This document shows positions 1 through 8,600 of a stretch of 54,735 bases of DNA, one piece after another. The notes under the pieces are model-generated. The model was not told the DNA's origin and made no database searches. It saw nothing but the letters and a program-made list of their open reading frames with translations. The translations under genes and the position numbers were made by a program. The stretch's first letter is position 1; every line of letters begins with the position of its first letter. This DNA is from a virus (lineage: Duplodnaviria; Caudoviricetes), in the IMG/VR virus record IMGVR_UViG_3300031687_000016, positions 1 through 54,735 of that record; one strand, given 5' to 3'.

Positions 1-2
1 AT

Positions 3-215
3 ACATTTGAGCATACTAAATGGTACGAGTCCGATGATTGGTGTAAAGAGATCGTTAATTGGTTAATATCTGGAGAGATGGATAAAATTGACAGACAAGA
101 TGGTGTTGATGATGTGTTTTGTATAGGATTAGGAGAAGATGGACAAGTACATTCTGTAATAGGAGATTATTATGATTATGTAGAACGTGTGTGTGATATT
201 AACTTAATAGATTAA
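3..215 (+). CDS. Hypothetical early protein, 5'-truncated by the window edge
   Basis: Hand translation of frame 3 is open to TAA at 213-215 (TFEHTKWYESDD...CIGLGEDG...DINLID). Confidence 0.7.
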   Translation, partial: TFEHTKWYESDDWCKEIVNWLISGEMDKIDRQDGVDDVFCIGLGEDGQVHSVIGDYYDYVERVCDINLID

Positions 216-229
216 TTAAATTGAAATAT

Positions 230-412
230 ATGAAAGTAAAAGAATTGATAGAAAAACTACAACAATGCGATCCTGATTTAGAAATCAATACTTACAGAGA
301 TGATTTTGAATGCGATGCAACAAATTACTGGGTAACTGATATTCAGGAATATAAAAAAGGTAGTAGTGGACATGAAGAAGATGGCGAGGTTTTACTGATA
401 ACCTCAGAATAA
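230..412 (+). CDS. Small hypothetical phage protein (MKVKELIEKLQ-type N-terminus)
   Basis: ORF track 221..412; ATG at 230 gives the common phage N-terminus MKVKELIEKLQ.CDPD. Confidence 0.75.
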   Translation: MKVKELIEKLQQCDPDLEINTYRDDFECDATNYWVTDIQEYKKGSSGHEEDGEVLLITSE

Positions 413-446
413 TTAGGAAATGTAAATTAAATGTATTAATATTGAA
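413..446 (+). promoter_or_regulatory. Putative early promoter (degenerate Bacteroidota -33/-7 type)
   Basis: ttaggaaatgtaaattaaatgtatTAATATTG upstream of ATG 461; imperfect match to TAnnTTTG; a similar element lies at about 583-623. Confidence 0.4.
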
Positions 447-460
447 CTTAAATTAAAATT

Positions 461-631
461 ATGAATAAATTAAATCAAAAAGAATTAGAAGAATTAGAAG
501 GGCTTAAAGAGAAATTGTTTAAAGATGCGACATGGAGTTTACTGGTTAATCCTCTGTATTCTACTATGGTATCTAGGTATAATTACTTGGTAATGAAGAA
601 TATAAATAGTTTATTAACTTTAGATAAATAA
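461..631 (+). CDS. Small hypothetical protein (56 aa)
   Basis: Hand-translated MNKLNQKELEELEGLKEKLF...LLTLDK; AT-rich leader ttaaattaaaattATG; below ORF-track cutoff. Confidence 0.65.
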   Translation: MNKLNQKELEELEGLKEKLFKDATWSLLVNPLYSTMVSRYNYLVMKNINSLLTLDK

Positions 632-645
632 ATAAATATATAATT

Positions 646-795
646 ATGACAAAAAAAGAACATAACAAAATTGATCAGTTTGCTTCTACTATTGTAAGAA
701 AAGTAATAGATAAGAAAAAATCTGATACAAAAAAAAGCAAAGAAAAAACTGACAAACCTAGTGAATGCTACATACAATTTAATCATGCTAGTTAG
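646..795 (+). CDS. Small Lys-rich hypothetical protein (49 aa)
   Basis: Hand-translated MTKKEHNKIDQFASTIVRKV...FNHAS; packs against the next gene. Confidence 0.6.
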   Translation: MTKKEHNKIDQFASTIVRKVIDKKKSDTKKSKEKTDKPSECYIQFNHAS

Positions 796-967
796 TAAAT
801 GTTGTGGTGCTGACTATATGGATATAGAGGATAGTTATGGAGATGCTCAAGTAGTATGTAAAGATTGCGAGGATATATGCGAAACACAAAATGAGTATGA
901 CTATGATGATCTAATGAGGGGAGAAAGAGCAGAAGCTGATGCTGATGATAAAAGATTAGGATTATGA
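785..967 (+). CDS. Small Cys-rich, possibly Zn-binding protein
   Basis: SKCCGA...CKDCEDIC motif; ATG at 785 preferred over the track start at 761. Confidence 0.7.
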   Translation: MLVSKCCGADYMDIEDSYGDAQVVCKDCEDICETQNEYDYDDLMRGERAEADADDKRLGL

Positions 968-1062
968 AAGTAAGAAAAGTAATGTATTATAGTGGAAAGC
1001 CTTTATACAATGATTGGATAATATATATATATAGTGAGTATTCTAAATTATATAAATTATGA
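964..1062 (+). CDS. Very small hypothetical protein (32 aa)
   Basis: ATGA start/stop overlaps at both ends (964-967 and 1059-1062) suggest translational coupling. Confidence 0.5.
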   Translation: MKVRKVMYYSGKPLYNDWIIYIYSEYSKLYKL

Positions 1063-1190
1063 AAGAAGTATACCAGTTGATGATAGATGAAAAGATGAAA
1101 GAAAACCCCAACAAATCATACATACAATGGCTTCAAAAACTTAATGAAGCTATATTGAAACAAATTATAATAGATAATTACAGAAAATAA
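1059..1190 (+). CDS. Small hypothetical protein (43 aa)
   Basis: MKEVYQLMIDEKMKENPNKSYIQWLQ...; ATGA coupling to the previous ORF. Confidence 0.6.
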   Translation: MKEVYQLMIDEKMKENPNKSYIQWLQKLNEAILKQIIIDNYRK

Positions 1191-1252
1191 GGGTAATTAG
1201 GCGAGATCAATTTTTAAGGAATACTGCATGGCGTGTATCCTACCTTTTTTTT
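1189..1252 (+). terminator. Putative intrinsic terminator or structured RNA
   Basis: aagggta (1189-1195) can pair with taccttt (1241-1247); inner ggaatac/gtatcc stem; followed by a T8 run. Confidence 0.45.
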
Positions 1253-1343
1253 AACTTAAAATAGCTGGGAATAATCCCTAATCTTAATGGGTACATAAGA
1301 GTATCCTTTAATATTAAATGTTTAGTTATTTTAATAGCATAAT

Positions 1344-1397
1344 GGGAGAGCATAAAGGCACAAGCCAACAATCAGTTAATACTATTGCTCTCCTTTT
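1344..1397 (+). ncRNA. Candidate structured RNA element, copy A
   Basis: GGAGAGCA (1345-1352) pairs with TGCTCTCC (1386-1393), enclosing AAAGGCACAAGCC...TTAATA; T4 tail; loop motifs shared with 30266-30325. Confidence 0.5.
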
Positions 1398-1415
1398 GTG
1401 TTAACCCTAAATCAA

Positions 1416-1655
1416 ATGAAAAAAGAAACAAGACAAATAATACAAGATCTTAAATATTTAAACGAAAATAATAGTTTAATTAAACAAAATACCATAGATT
1501 TGGATAACTATTTTAAGTATTCTGGAATGCAAGAATATCAAGATAACATTATATCTATGACTCCAAGTTATAGAAAAAAAGATGTAAATAAAGTAGCTAA
1601 AGTTTATAATGACATGAGTAGATACAAATTAAAAGATTACAGAAAGTATGAGTAA
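1416..1655 (+). CDS. Hypothetical protein
   Basis: ORF track 1398..1655; ATG at 1416 is more plausible and leaves the upstream hairpin non-coding. Confidence 0.7.
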   Translation: MKKETRQIIQDLKYLNENNSLIKQNTIDLDNYFKYSGMQEYQDNIISMTPSYRKKDVNKVAKVYNDMSRYKLKDYRKYE

Positions 1656-1887
1656 AGAGATCCAAGTTCCAAATTATTATATAGGAGATACATATAGAGA
1701 AGGGTATTATCAAGCAAGATATGTAGTAGAAGACTTTAATTGCACATGGAATATTGGTAACGTTGTAACCTACTGTTTGCGTAGTTCAGAGAAGCATGAA
1801 TCTCCAATAGAATGTTTGCAAAAATCAATTAACCATCTCAAGTTTGAGATAGAAAGGTTAGAAAAATTAAATAAAAAGAAAAAATAA
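1648..1887 (+). CDS. DUF3310-like phage protein
   Basis: P.YY...WNIGNVVTYCLRS..K...ECLQKSINHLKFEIERL matches the GN.iKY..R...K....DL.KA..YL pattern. Confidence 0.75.
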   Translation: MSKEIQVPNYYIGDTYREGYYQARYVVEDFNCTWNIGNVVTYCLRSSEKHESPIECLQKSINHLKFEIERLEKLNKKKK

Positions 1888-2186
1888 TGAAACGAGAAAT
1901 ATTTGACAACTACGCATCTGCAATAGCAGAACAATTCCATCTTACTCTTGATGAAATGTTTACAAAAACCAAGAGGAGAGATAGTGTTGAAGCAAGACAA
2001 ATGCTATATTTTTTAGCCAAAGAACGCCCAATCAGACTATCATACATAAGATTATTTATGGAAGAGAACGGACATCCAGTAACACATTCTACTATTATAC
2101 ATGGATACAAGAAAGCAAAAGAATACATAAACAAAGATGAAGACTGGAAAAACATAGTAAATGAGTTACAAAAAAAGAATGTATAG
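1887..2186 (+). CDS. Stand-alone DnaA C-terminal (domain IV)-like helix-turn-helix protein
   Basis: KRRDSVEARQMLYFLAKE...LSYI...HSTIIHGYKK parallels the DnaA_C signature R......RQ..MYL...DH.TV.HA..K. Confidence 0.75.
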   Translation: MKREIFDNYASAIAEQFHLTLDEMFTKTKRRDSVEARQMLYFLAKERPIRLSYIRLFMEENGHPVTHSTIIHGYKKAKEYINKDEDWKNIVNELQKKNV

Positions 2187-2592
2187 TATAGAGGACATAT
2201 ATAGCCAGGCTTTACAAGACGATACATTATACATGGAAAGGAATAATAATGTAAGCATGATCAATATTGGTATTAAAATACAAAAGTTTCCTAGCAAGAC
2301 AGAGATATTAAATTGCTCAAAAAACGGAGATTATTTTCAAGAATTAACAACAGATGAATACAATACCTTTTTTACTTATGGATGGGTTATTGGTTGTTTA
2401 AAGATGGCTGTAAATAATTGTGTCAGAAAATTAGACATGATACAGAAAAATATGCAAGAGGAGGTAAATACGAGGAAGAACGATAAGTATATTAAGAATT
2501 TAAAAACAAAACGGGAGTTTGTTATGAATAAGTATTCTTACCATACAAAAAAACTAATCAAATTAAATAACAAAAATGGAAAATTATTTTAA
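2179..2592 (+). CDS. Hypothetical protein with a C-terminal coiled coil
   Basis: ORF track 2161..2592; ATG 2179 overlaps the upstream stop. Confidence 0.7.
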   Translation: MYSIEDIYSQALQDDTLYMERNNNVSMINIGIKIQKFPSKTEILNCSKNGDYFQELTTDEYNTFFTYGWVIGCLKMAVNNCVRKLDMIQKNMQEEVNTRKNDKYIKNLKTKREFVMNKYSYHTKKLIKLNNKNGKLF

Positions 2593-3157
2593 AAAGTTGT
2601 CAGCCATCAACGTAAAAGGAATGGCTGAAAAAAAAGGAAGGTTTAACTATTTGTCATGGGCAAACGCATGGGCTTTGATAAAGGAGAATTATCCTGAAGC
2701 AAACAGAAAGGTGTATGAAAGTGAGCATACGGGATTAAACTATTTTACAGATGGAAAAACAGCCTCTGTCAAGGTAGGAGTTACAGTTAATGGTATTGAA
2801 CACATAGACTACCTTCCAGTAATGGATTACAGGAACAGTTCTATACCTATTGATAAAGTTACCTCAATGGATGTAAATACCACAATACAGAGATCAACTA
2901 CTAAAGCTATTGCTATGCATGGACTGGGAATATCTATATTCAAAGGAGAGGATCTTGTTGACATAGCCACACCACCAGCACCACCTAAACCAATATCAGT
3001 AGTTCTTGACTTAGGAGATGTTGATATGAAAAAAACTCTTGACTGGATCGCTTCAAACAAATCAATGGGACTACCTAAGATAGTTAAAACATTAGAGCAG
3101 AAATACAAGATAACTGCAAAAGTAAAAAAGGAGATTGCTAATATTATAAAAGATTAA
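2576..3157 (+). CDS. Sak-type single-strand annealing protein (DUF1071 family)
   Basis: EKKGRFNYLSWANAW...VKVGVTV...LPVMDYRN...DVNTTIQRSTTKAIAMHGLG. Confidence 0.88.
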   Translation: MENYFKKLSAINVKGMAEKKGRFNYLSWANAWALIKENYPEANRKVYESEHTGLNYFTDGKTASVKVGVTVNGIEHIDYLPVMDYRNSSIPIDKVTSMDVNTTIQRSTTKAIAMHGLGISIFKGEDLVDIATPPAPPKPISVVLDLGDVDMKKTLDWIASNKSMGLPKIVKTLEQKYKITAKVKKEIANIIKD

Positions 3158-3160
3158 GCT

Positions 3161-3940
3161 ATGATGACTAAAAAACAAATGGATTCAGATGATATGGATA
3201 TTAGCAGACACCTAGAAATTCTCATGAATTTAAAAGATGATGAGAAGTATTACGGAGAATATGGAAAAAAATGGCTTTCTAATTCTGATATTTATTCATT
3301 ACTAAATAATCCTAAAGAGTTTAATAAGCCAAAAAAAGAAACAAAGGCGATGCTTGAGGGAAGGTATTTTCATACTGCTATGTTAGAGCCTGAAAAGTTA
3401 GATAGCTTTATAGTTGTTGATTTAGCTAGTAGAAATTCAAAAGCATATAAAGAATTTTCAGCAGAGCATGATGGTAAGATGTTTTTATTAGCACCTGAAG
3501 TGTTACAGCTTGATAAAGTTGTAAACGCTATGAAGTCTAGCTTTGATTTACATCAGCAAATATACGAGGAAACCAATAAGTTTGAAGTACCAATGGTTAA
3601 AACTATTGAGGGAATTAAATGGAAAGGTAAGGCAGATATTGTAGGTACTCATAAGCTAATTGATTTAAAAACCACCTCAGATATAGCTAAGTTTAAATAC
3701 TCAGCTTCTAAGTATAACTATGACAGTCAGGCGTTTATATACGAAGAGCTGTTTGGAAAGCCTTTAGAGTTTTATGTAATAGACAAGACAACACATCAGC
3801 TTTCAGTGTTTACACCTGGAGAGGAGTTTCTTAAGAGAGGGGAAGCAAAGGTAAAAGAAGCAGTAAGAATATATAATGAATTTTTTAAGGAAGGATGTAC
3901 TAGCGATATAGATCAACATATTAATTATGAAATACTTTAA
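3161..3940 (+). CDS. PD-(D/E)XK exonuclease (RecE/DUF3799-like)
   Basis: LSNSDI...GRYFHTAMLEP...KGKADIV...LIDLKTT...YNYDSQAFIY; adjacent to the annealing protein. Confidence 0.85.
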   Translation: MMTKKQMDSDDMDISRHLEILMNLKDDEKYYGEYGKKWLSNSDIYSLLNNPKEFNKPKKETKAMLEGRYFHTAMLEPEKLDSFIVVDLASRNSKAYKEFSAEHDGKMFLLAPEVLQLDKVVNAMKSSFDLHQQIYEETNKFEVPMVKTIEGIKWKGKADIVGTHKLIDLKTTSDIAKFKYSASKYNYDSQAFIYEELFGKPLEFYVIDKTTHQLSVFTPGEEFLKRGEAKVKEAVRIYNEFFKEGCTSDIDQHINYEIL

Positions 3941-4079
3941 AAAACTATTATCTTTTTTTAAATGGAAAAGAGAGGTATTTACAGTAGAAGTTCCAACTAC
4001 TTGTAAAGATGAACAGTCTAAGCATAGGCTTATGGCTGACATACTAGAAATTTTGGAGCAAGAAATTAAATTACACTAA
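3927..4079 (+). CDS. Small hypothetical protein (50 aa)
   Basis: Hand-translated MKYFKKLLSFFKWKREVFTVEVP...EQEIKLH; fills the gap between exonuclease and the next gene. Confidence 0.65.
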   Translation: MKYFKKLLSFFKWKREVFTVEVPTTCKDEQSKHRLMADILEILEQEIKLH

Positions 4080-4080
4080 A

Positions 4081-4341
4081 ATGGAAGAAAAAATTTATGT
4101 AGGATCAGGTAAGTCAAAGTTTGATGGAAACCTAGTGTCTTGTAGTTTGTGTTTGACTGATTTACCAGTAGAGCATATTTACGAGTACAACAATAAGAAG
4201 TATATAAAACTTAACGTACAAAAGAAAAAAGAAGAAGATCAATACGGTAAGTCGCATTCTGTTTCTGTTGACACATGGAAACCTGAAGCCACAAAGGCGG
4301 TAGCACCTCCTGTTGAAGAAAAGGATGACCTCCCTTTTTAA
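4081..4341 (+). CDS. Probable single-stranded DNA-binding protein
   Basis: Small beta-rich protein ending in the acidic tail DDLPF typical of SSBs; sits between recombination genes and primase. Confidence 0.65.
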   Translation: MEEKIYVGSGKSKFDGNLVSCSLCLTDLPVEHIYEYNNKKYIKLNVQKKKEEDQYGKSHSVSVDTWKPEATKAVAPPVEEKDDLPF

Positions 4342-4363
4342 ACTTGTTTAGAGAGGTTATTAC

Positions 4364-4399
4364 AGAAAGGGGGAGTTTTATCAGCTTCCCTTTTCTTTT
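4364..4399 (+). terminator. Intrinsic terminator
   Basis: agaaagggggag / cttcccttttct stem with G-U pairs and a T-rich 3' side, just after the SSB gene. Confidence 0.6.
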
Positions 4400-4434
4400 A
4401 CACAAATACAATTTAATGAAATAGAACACAGCAG

Positions 4435-6816
4435 ATGGAGATTACAATATTTAAAGACATAAAAGACACCTCTCAACCATTTTATAGAAATGTTGGGTTA
4501 GTTTTAGAAAGAATAGAGAAAGGAAATTCTAAGGAAATAGTAAAAAAAATTAGATCTAAGAAAAATAAAGAAGAAAGGAACGACTTAAAGAAACAATTAC
4601 CTGCAATATGTTTTAGTGGTAACTTTACAAAAAGGAATGACGCCTCACTTACCGAACATAGTGGATTAATTTGTTTAGATTTTGATGGATACAAGTCAAG
4701 TAAAGAATTATTGCAAGAAAAAGAAAAGCTAACTAAGAATAAGTTTGTATTTTCTGTATTCATATCTCCTAGCGGTAAGGGATTAAAAGTTATAGTAAAA
4801 ATACCTAAAGATGTAGATAATCATACAAATTATTTCTCTTCATTAAACACATATTTTAATTCACCATATTTTGACACTACCTCTAAAAATATATCTAGAG
4901 TTTGTTATGAGTCTTACGATCCATTAATACATATAAACATTAACTCTAACTTATGGGAGAAAATAGATGAAATAGAATTTGTAGAACTTAACAAGTATAA
5001 AGACAAGCCTACAATACCAGTAATAGATGAGAATAAAATTGTAGAGATACTTATGAAGTGGTGGGAAAAAAAATACGGATTAAAAAATGGAGAAAGAAAC
5101 AATAACGTATTTATATTAGCATCAGCATTTAATGACTTTGGAGTTCCTAAAAATTTAGCTGAATTTATCATGGGTAATTTTGATTCTAAAGATTTTAATA
5201 TAGCAGAAATTAGGAGGACAATTAATTCTGCCTATGCTCATGTCCAAAACTTTGGAACTAAATACTACGAAGACCAGGATAGGGTTAACCTAGTCAAACA
5301 GCAACTTAGACGGGGGGTGTCAAAAAAAGAAATCCGATGTCAATTAGAAAGCGAAAAGATTGATGTCGGAGATATTGATGAGGTCATAATTCGCCTGGAG
5401 GAAGAGCAATCAAACCATAAGTTTTGGACAAAGAATGAAAAAGGAGTAATTAAAATAGTACACATACTTTTTAAGAATTATCTGGAAGACAATGGGTTTT
5501 ATAAGTTTAGTCCTGAAGGGAGTAAGAGTTATATATTTGTAAGGGTAACAAACAACTTAATTGACCATACCTCTGAAAAAGAAATAAAAGATTTTGTATT
5601 ATCATTTCTTTTAACAATAGACGATCTTTCTGTTTACAATTACTTTGCTGAGCAGACAAGATATTTTAGGGAAGAGTTTTTAACTTTAATATCATCTATA
5701 AATGTATTTTTTATAGCCGACACTAAAGATGTTTCTTACCTGTACTATATGAATTGTGCAGTAAAAATTACAAAGAATGATATAATACTTATTGACTACC
5801 TAGATTTAGGAGGCTATGTTTGGAGAGACCATGTTATAGATAGAATTTTTACATTGTGTCAGGTAGGAGATTGTAATTACAAAACATTTATCTCAAATAT
5901 TAGCGGAGAAGATGATAGCAGAATAATCTCAATGGAATCAACCATAGGATACCTACTGCACGGATGGAAAAACTTATCATATTGTCCTGCTGTAATACTT
6001 AATGATGAAATTATATCTGACAACCCTGAAGGCGGTACAGGTAAAGGGCTGTTTATGAACGCCTTAGCTAAAATGAAGAAATGTGTTACAATAGATGGTA
6101 AAAGTTTTTCTTTTGAAAAGTCTTTTGCATACCAGTTAGTTTCAGCAGATACTCAAATACTTTGTTTTGATGATGTAAAAAAATCTTTTGATTTTGAAAA
6201 GTTGTTTTCTGTTATTACGGAAGGGCTAACCCTTGAGAAGAAAAATCGTGACTCTCTGAAAATACCATTTGAAAAATCTCCTAAAGTTGCACTAACAACA
6301 AATTATGCTTTGAGAGGAAAGGGATCTTCATTTGAGAGAAGAAAATGGGATCTAGAGTTGGCTCAATTCTATACTAAAGACTTTACGCCTCTTGTTGAGT
6401 TTGGTAAACTAATGTTTGGAGAGTGGGATGATAACGAGTGGTGTCAGTTTGATAACTACATGATAACCAACCTTCAGGTGTATTTAGACAAAGGTTTAGT
6501 TAGGGGTAATTTTGTCAACAAAAAGATAAAAGATTTATCCAGTGAAACTAATCATGAGTTTATAGAATGGTGCGGACTTGTTAGTAACTCACAGCCTAAT
6601 GATAAATTAAAACCTAACAACAGAGTTTATAGAACAGAATTGTATGATGATTTTGTAGAAGAATATCCTGATTATGCTCCTAAATCTAAATTTACCGTTC
6701 CAAGACGTAGGTTTTATAATTGGGTAAAAGCATACTCTTTATATAATTTTGGTACTGAACTTGAAGAAAGTAGAGATTTAGGGGGAAGATATTTTATTTT
6801 TAAATCTAATGATTAA
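4435..6816 (+). CDS. Primase-helicase (BT4734/VirE N-terminal domain, PriCT-like domain, SF3/D5-like helicase)
   Basis: KKQLPAICFSG, HSGLICLDFD, FISPSGKGLK, RVCYESYDP (VirE-N); GERNNNVF (PriCT-like); Walker A GGTGKG and Walker B LCFDD. Confidence 0.9.
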   Translation: MEITIFKDIKDTSQPFYRNVGLVLERIEKGNSKEIVKKIRSKKNKEERNDLKKQLPAICFSGNFTKRNDASLTEHSGLICLDFDGYKSSKELLQEKEKLTKNKFVFSVFISPSGKGLKVIVKIPKDVDNHTNYFSSLNTYFNSPYFDTTSKNISRVCYESYDPLIHININSNLWEKIDEIEFVELNKYKDKPTIPVIDENKIVEILMKWWEKKYGLKNGERNNNVFILASAFNDFGVPKNLAEFIMGNFDSKDFNIAEIRRTINSAYAHVQNFGTKYYEDQDRVNLVKQQLRRGVSKKEIRCQLESEKIDVGDIDEVIIRLEEEQSNHKFWTKNEKGVIKIVHILFKNYLEDNGFYKFSPEGSKSYIFVRVTNNLIDHTSEKEIKDFVLSFLLTIDDLSVYNYFAEQTRYFREEFLTLISSINVFFIADTKDVSYLYYMNCAVKITKNDIILIDYLDLGGYVWRDHVIDRIFTLCQVGDCNYKTFISNISGEDDSRIISMESTIGYLLHGWKNLSYCPAVILNDEIISDNPEGGTGKGLFMNALAKMKKCVTIDGKSFSFEKSFAYQLVSADTQILCFDDVKKSFDFEKLFSVITEGLTLEKKNRDSLKIPFEKSPKVALTTNYALRGKGSSFERRKWDLELAQFYTKDFTPLVEFGKLMFGEWDDNEWCQFDNYMITNLQVYLDKGLVRGNFVNKKIKDLSSETNHEFIEWCGLVSNSQPNDKLKPNNRVYRTELYDDFVEEYPDYAPKSKFTVPRRRFYNWVKAYSLYNFGTELEESRDLGGRYFIFKSND

Positions 6817-8041
6817 ATATAGGGACTATCAGCAGAATATAATAAACAAGTCTGTTGAAATTTTTAAGACTAGCTCTTTTGTTTATTTAGCTATGGAGGT
6901 TCGTACAGGTAAAACCCTGACTAGCTTAGGAATAGCTAGTAAATTAGGGTTGCGTTCTGTTTTGTTTATTACTAAAAAGAAAGCAATATCAAGCATTGAA
7001 GAAGATCATGATCTTTTAAAGCCAGGATATGATCTTACAGTAATAAATTATGAAAGCGTTCATAAACTTCCTAAAAACAAATACGGAATGATTATATGTG
7101 ATGAGGCTCATTCAATGGGAGCATTCCCAAAGCCTAGTAAAAGAGCTAAGCAAGTTAAAGAACTTATACAATACTCTAGCCCTTATGTTATTCTTCTGTC
7201 TGGAACTCCTACACCAGAATCTTTTAGTCAAATGTATCATCAACTTTATGGTATACCCAATAATCCTTTTATTAGGTGTAAAAACTTTTATGCTTTTTCA
7301 AAGTTATATGTTAATGTAAAACAAAGAAAGATTAATGGTATGTTTATTAACGATTACTCCAATGGTCTTAAAAAAATATTAGACCATATAGATCCTTATG
7401 TAATAAACTACACACAAAAATTAGCTGGATTTAAAACTGAAACAACCGAAAAAATACTATATGTAGATTTAAAGGAGTCTACTAATAAAATTATTAAAAG
7501 GTTAAAAAAAGACAGAGTAATAGAAGGTAAGGAGGAATTGTTGCTTGCAGATACGCCAGCCAAACTTATGATTAAAGTTCATCAATTATGCTCAGGGACT
7601 ATTAAATTTGAAAGCGGAAACTCTAAAATAATAGATTATTCAAAGGCTGAATTTATACATAATAAATTTATAGATAAGAAGATAGCTATCTTTTATAAAT
7701 TCACACAAGAGTTTAAGGCTTTAAAAGAAATTTATAAAGATCAGATTACTAACGATTTAGAAGAATTTAAATCTACAGACAAATGTATTGCTTTGCAAAT
7801 TGTTTCAGGAAGAGAAGGTATTAGCTTAAAAGAAGCTGAGTGTTTAGTTTATTATAATATAGATTTTTCAGCTACATCTTACTGGCAAAGCAGAGATAGA
7901 ATGACAACTAAAGAAAGAAGACATAATAATATATTTTGGATATTTAGTAAAGAGGGAATTGAAAACGATATATACAAAGCAGTCGTTAAAAAGAAAGACT
8001 ATACGCTTGCTCATTTTAAAAGAGATTTGTTAGATTTGTAA
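6809..8041 (+). CDS. SF2/SNF2-like DNA helicase
   Basis: YRDYQ, RTGKT, ICDEAH, LLSGTP, GREGISL and QSRDR helicase motifs. Confidence 0.9.
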   Translation: MIKYRDYQQNIINKSVEIFKTSSFVYLAMEVRTGKTLTSLGIASKLGLRSVLFITKKKAISSIEEDHDLLKPGYDLTVINYESVHKLPKNKYGMIICDEAHSMGAFPKPSKRAKQVKELIQYSSPYVILLSGTPTPESFSQMYHQLYGIPNNPFIRCKNFYAFSKLYVNVKQRKINGMFINDYSNGLKKILDHIDPYVINYTQKLAGFKTETTEKILYVDLKESTNKIIKRLKKDRVIEGKEELLLADTPAKLMIKVHQLCSGTIKFESGNSKIIDYSKAEFIHNKFIDKKIAIFYKFTQEFKALKEIYKDQITNDLEEFKSTDKCIALQIVSGREGISLKEAECLVYYNIDFSATSYWQSRDRMTTKERRHNNIFWIFSKEGIENDIYKAVVKKKDYTLAHFKRDLLDL

Positions 8042-8042
8042 T

Positions 8043-8282
8043 ATGACAGAGCAACAGATCCAAGCAAAAAGGATTAGCCAACTGGAGGACGAAGGGTATT
8101 ATGTTATCAAGTTAACCATGACAAACAAAAATGGTATTCCTGATTTAATAGCTATTCCAAAGAACTCAGATGTATTGTTTTCTGAAATAAAAAAACCTAA
8201 GGGTAAGTTATCAGTTATACAACAATTTAGATTAAAGCAGTTAAATGAACACGGAATTAAGACAGAAGTATATAGAGGATAA
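8043..8282 (+). CDS. VRR-NUC domain nuclease
   Basis: TEQQIQ...GIPDLI...FSEIKKPKGKLSVIQ; the usual partner of phage SNF2 helicases. Confidence 0.85.
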   Translation: MTEQQIQAKRISQLEDEGYYVIKLTMTNKNGIPDLIAIPKNSDVLFSEIKKPKGKLSVIQQFRLKQLNEHGIKTEVYRG

Positions 8283-8586
8283 GGGGTATGATGTAGATGA
8301 TTCTTTCATGGATGAGCTGGGGAAATTTGATCTTTATACCGCATTAAGAATAGCAAGGTTCATAGAACAAAATTTAAAATTAATGCCTGTAAATCATTTT
8401 ACCTCTTACGTTTTAGGGGGTTGTATTGTTCATAGCATTGGAGAGCCAATTACATTTGCTTTAGAATTTGTGAGGATAAAAAATGAGTTTACTACCTTAA
8501 CAGACGTAACATTAATTAGCATGGACGAATACTTAGATCTTATGCTTTTAAATTGTTATATAAAAAACCCAAAATTAATAGGCTGA
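8245..8586 (+). CDS. Hypothetical protein
   Basis: 113-aa ORF co-oriented with and filling the operon; start uncertain. Confidence 0.65.
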   Translation: MNTELRQKYIEDKGYDVDDSFMDELGKFDLYTALRIARFIEQNLKLMPVNHFTSYVLGGCIVHSIGEPITFALEFVRIKNEFTTLTDVTLISMDEYLDLMLLNCYIKNPKLIG

Positions 8587-8600
8587 GTTAAATATTTTTT

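Noticed and set aside
583-786. Minus-strand 67-aa Phe-rich ORF, and similar antisense ORFs in the + arm (1770, 1910, 2827, 3803, 4211, 4482, 4914, 9271)
   Set aside because: Shadows of A-rich sense genes; opposite to the operon direction and without recognisable motifs
1021-1033. Short (AT)n run inside a 32-aa ORF as a possible phase-variation site
   Set aside because: Only about six units in a very AT-rich genome; expected by chance
1329-1400. Resemblance to a twister or hammerhead ribozyme or a c-di-GMP riboswitch (UUUUAAU, GGCACAAGCC, AAAGGCA)
   Set aside because: I could not build the required stems, pseudoknots or conserved cores by hand; kept only as an unassigned structured element
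1191-1415. Possible tRNA gene in the largest intergenic gap
   Set aside because: No T-loop GTTC(G/A)A motif and no cloverleaf
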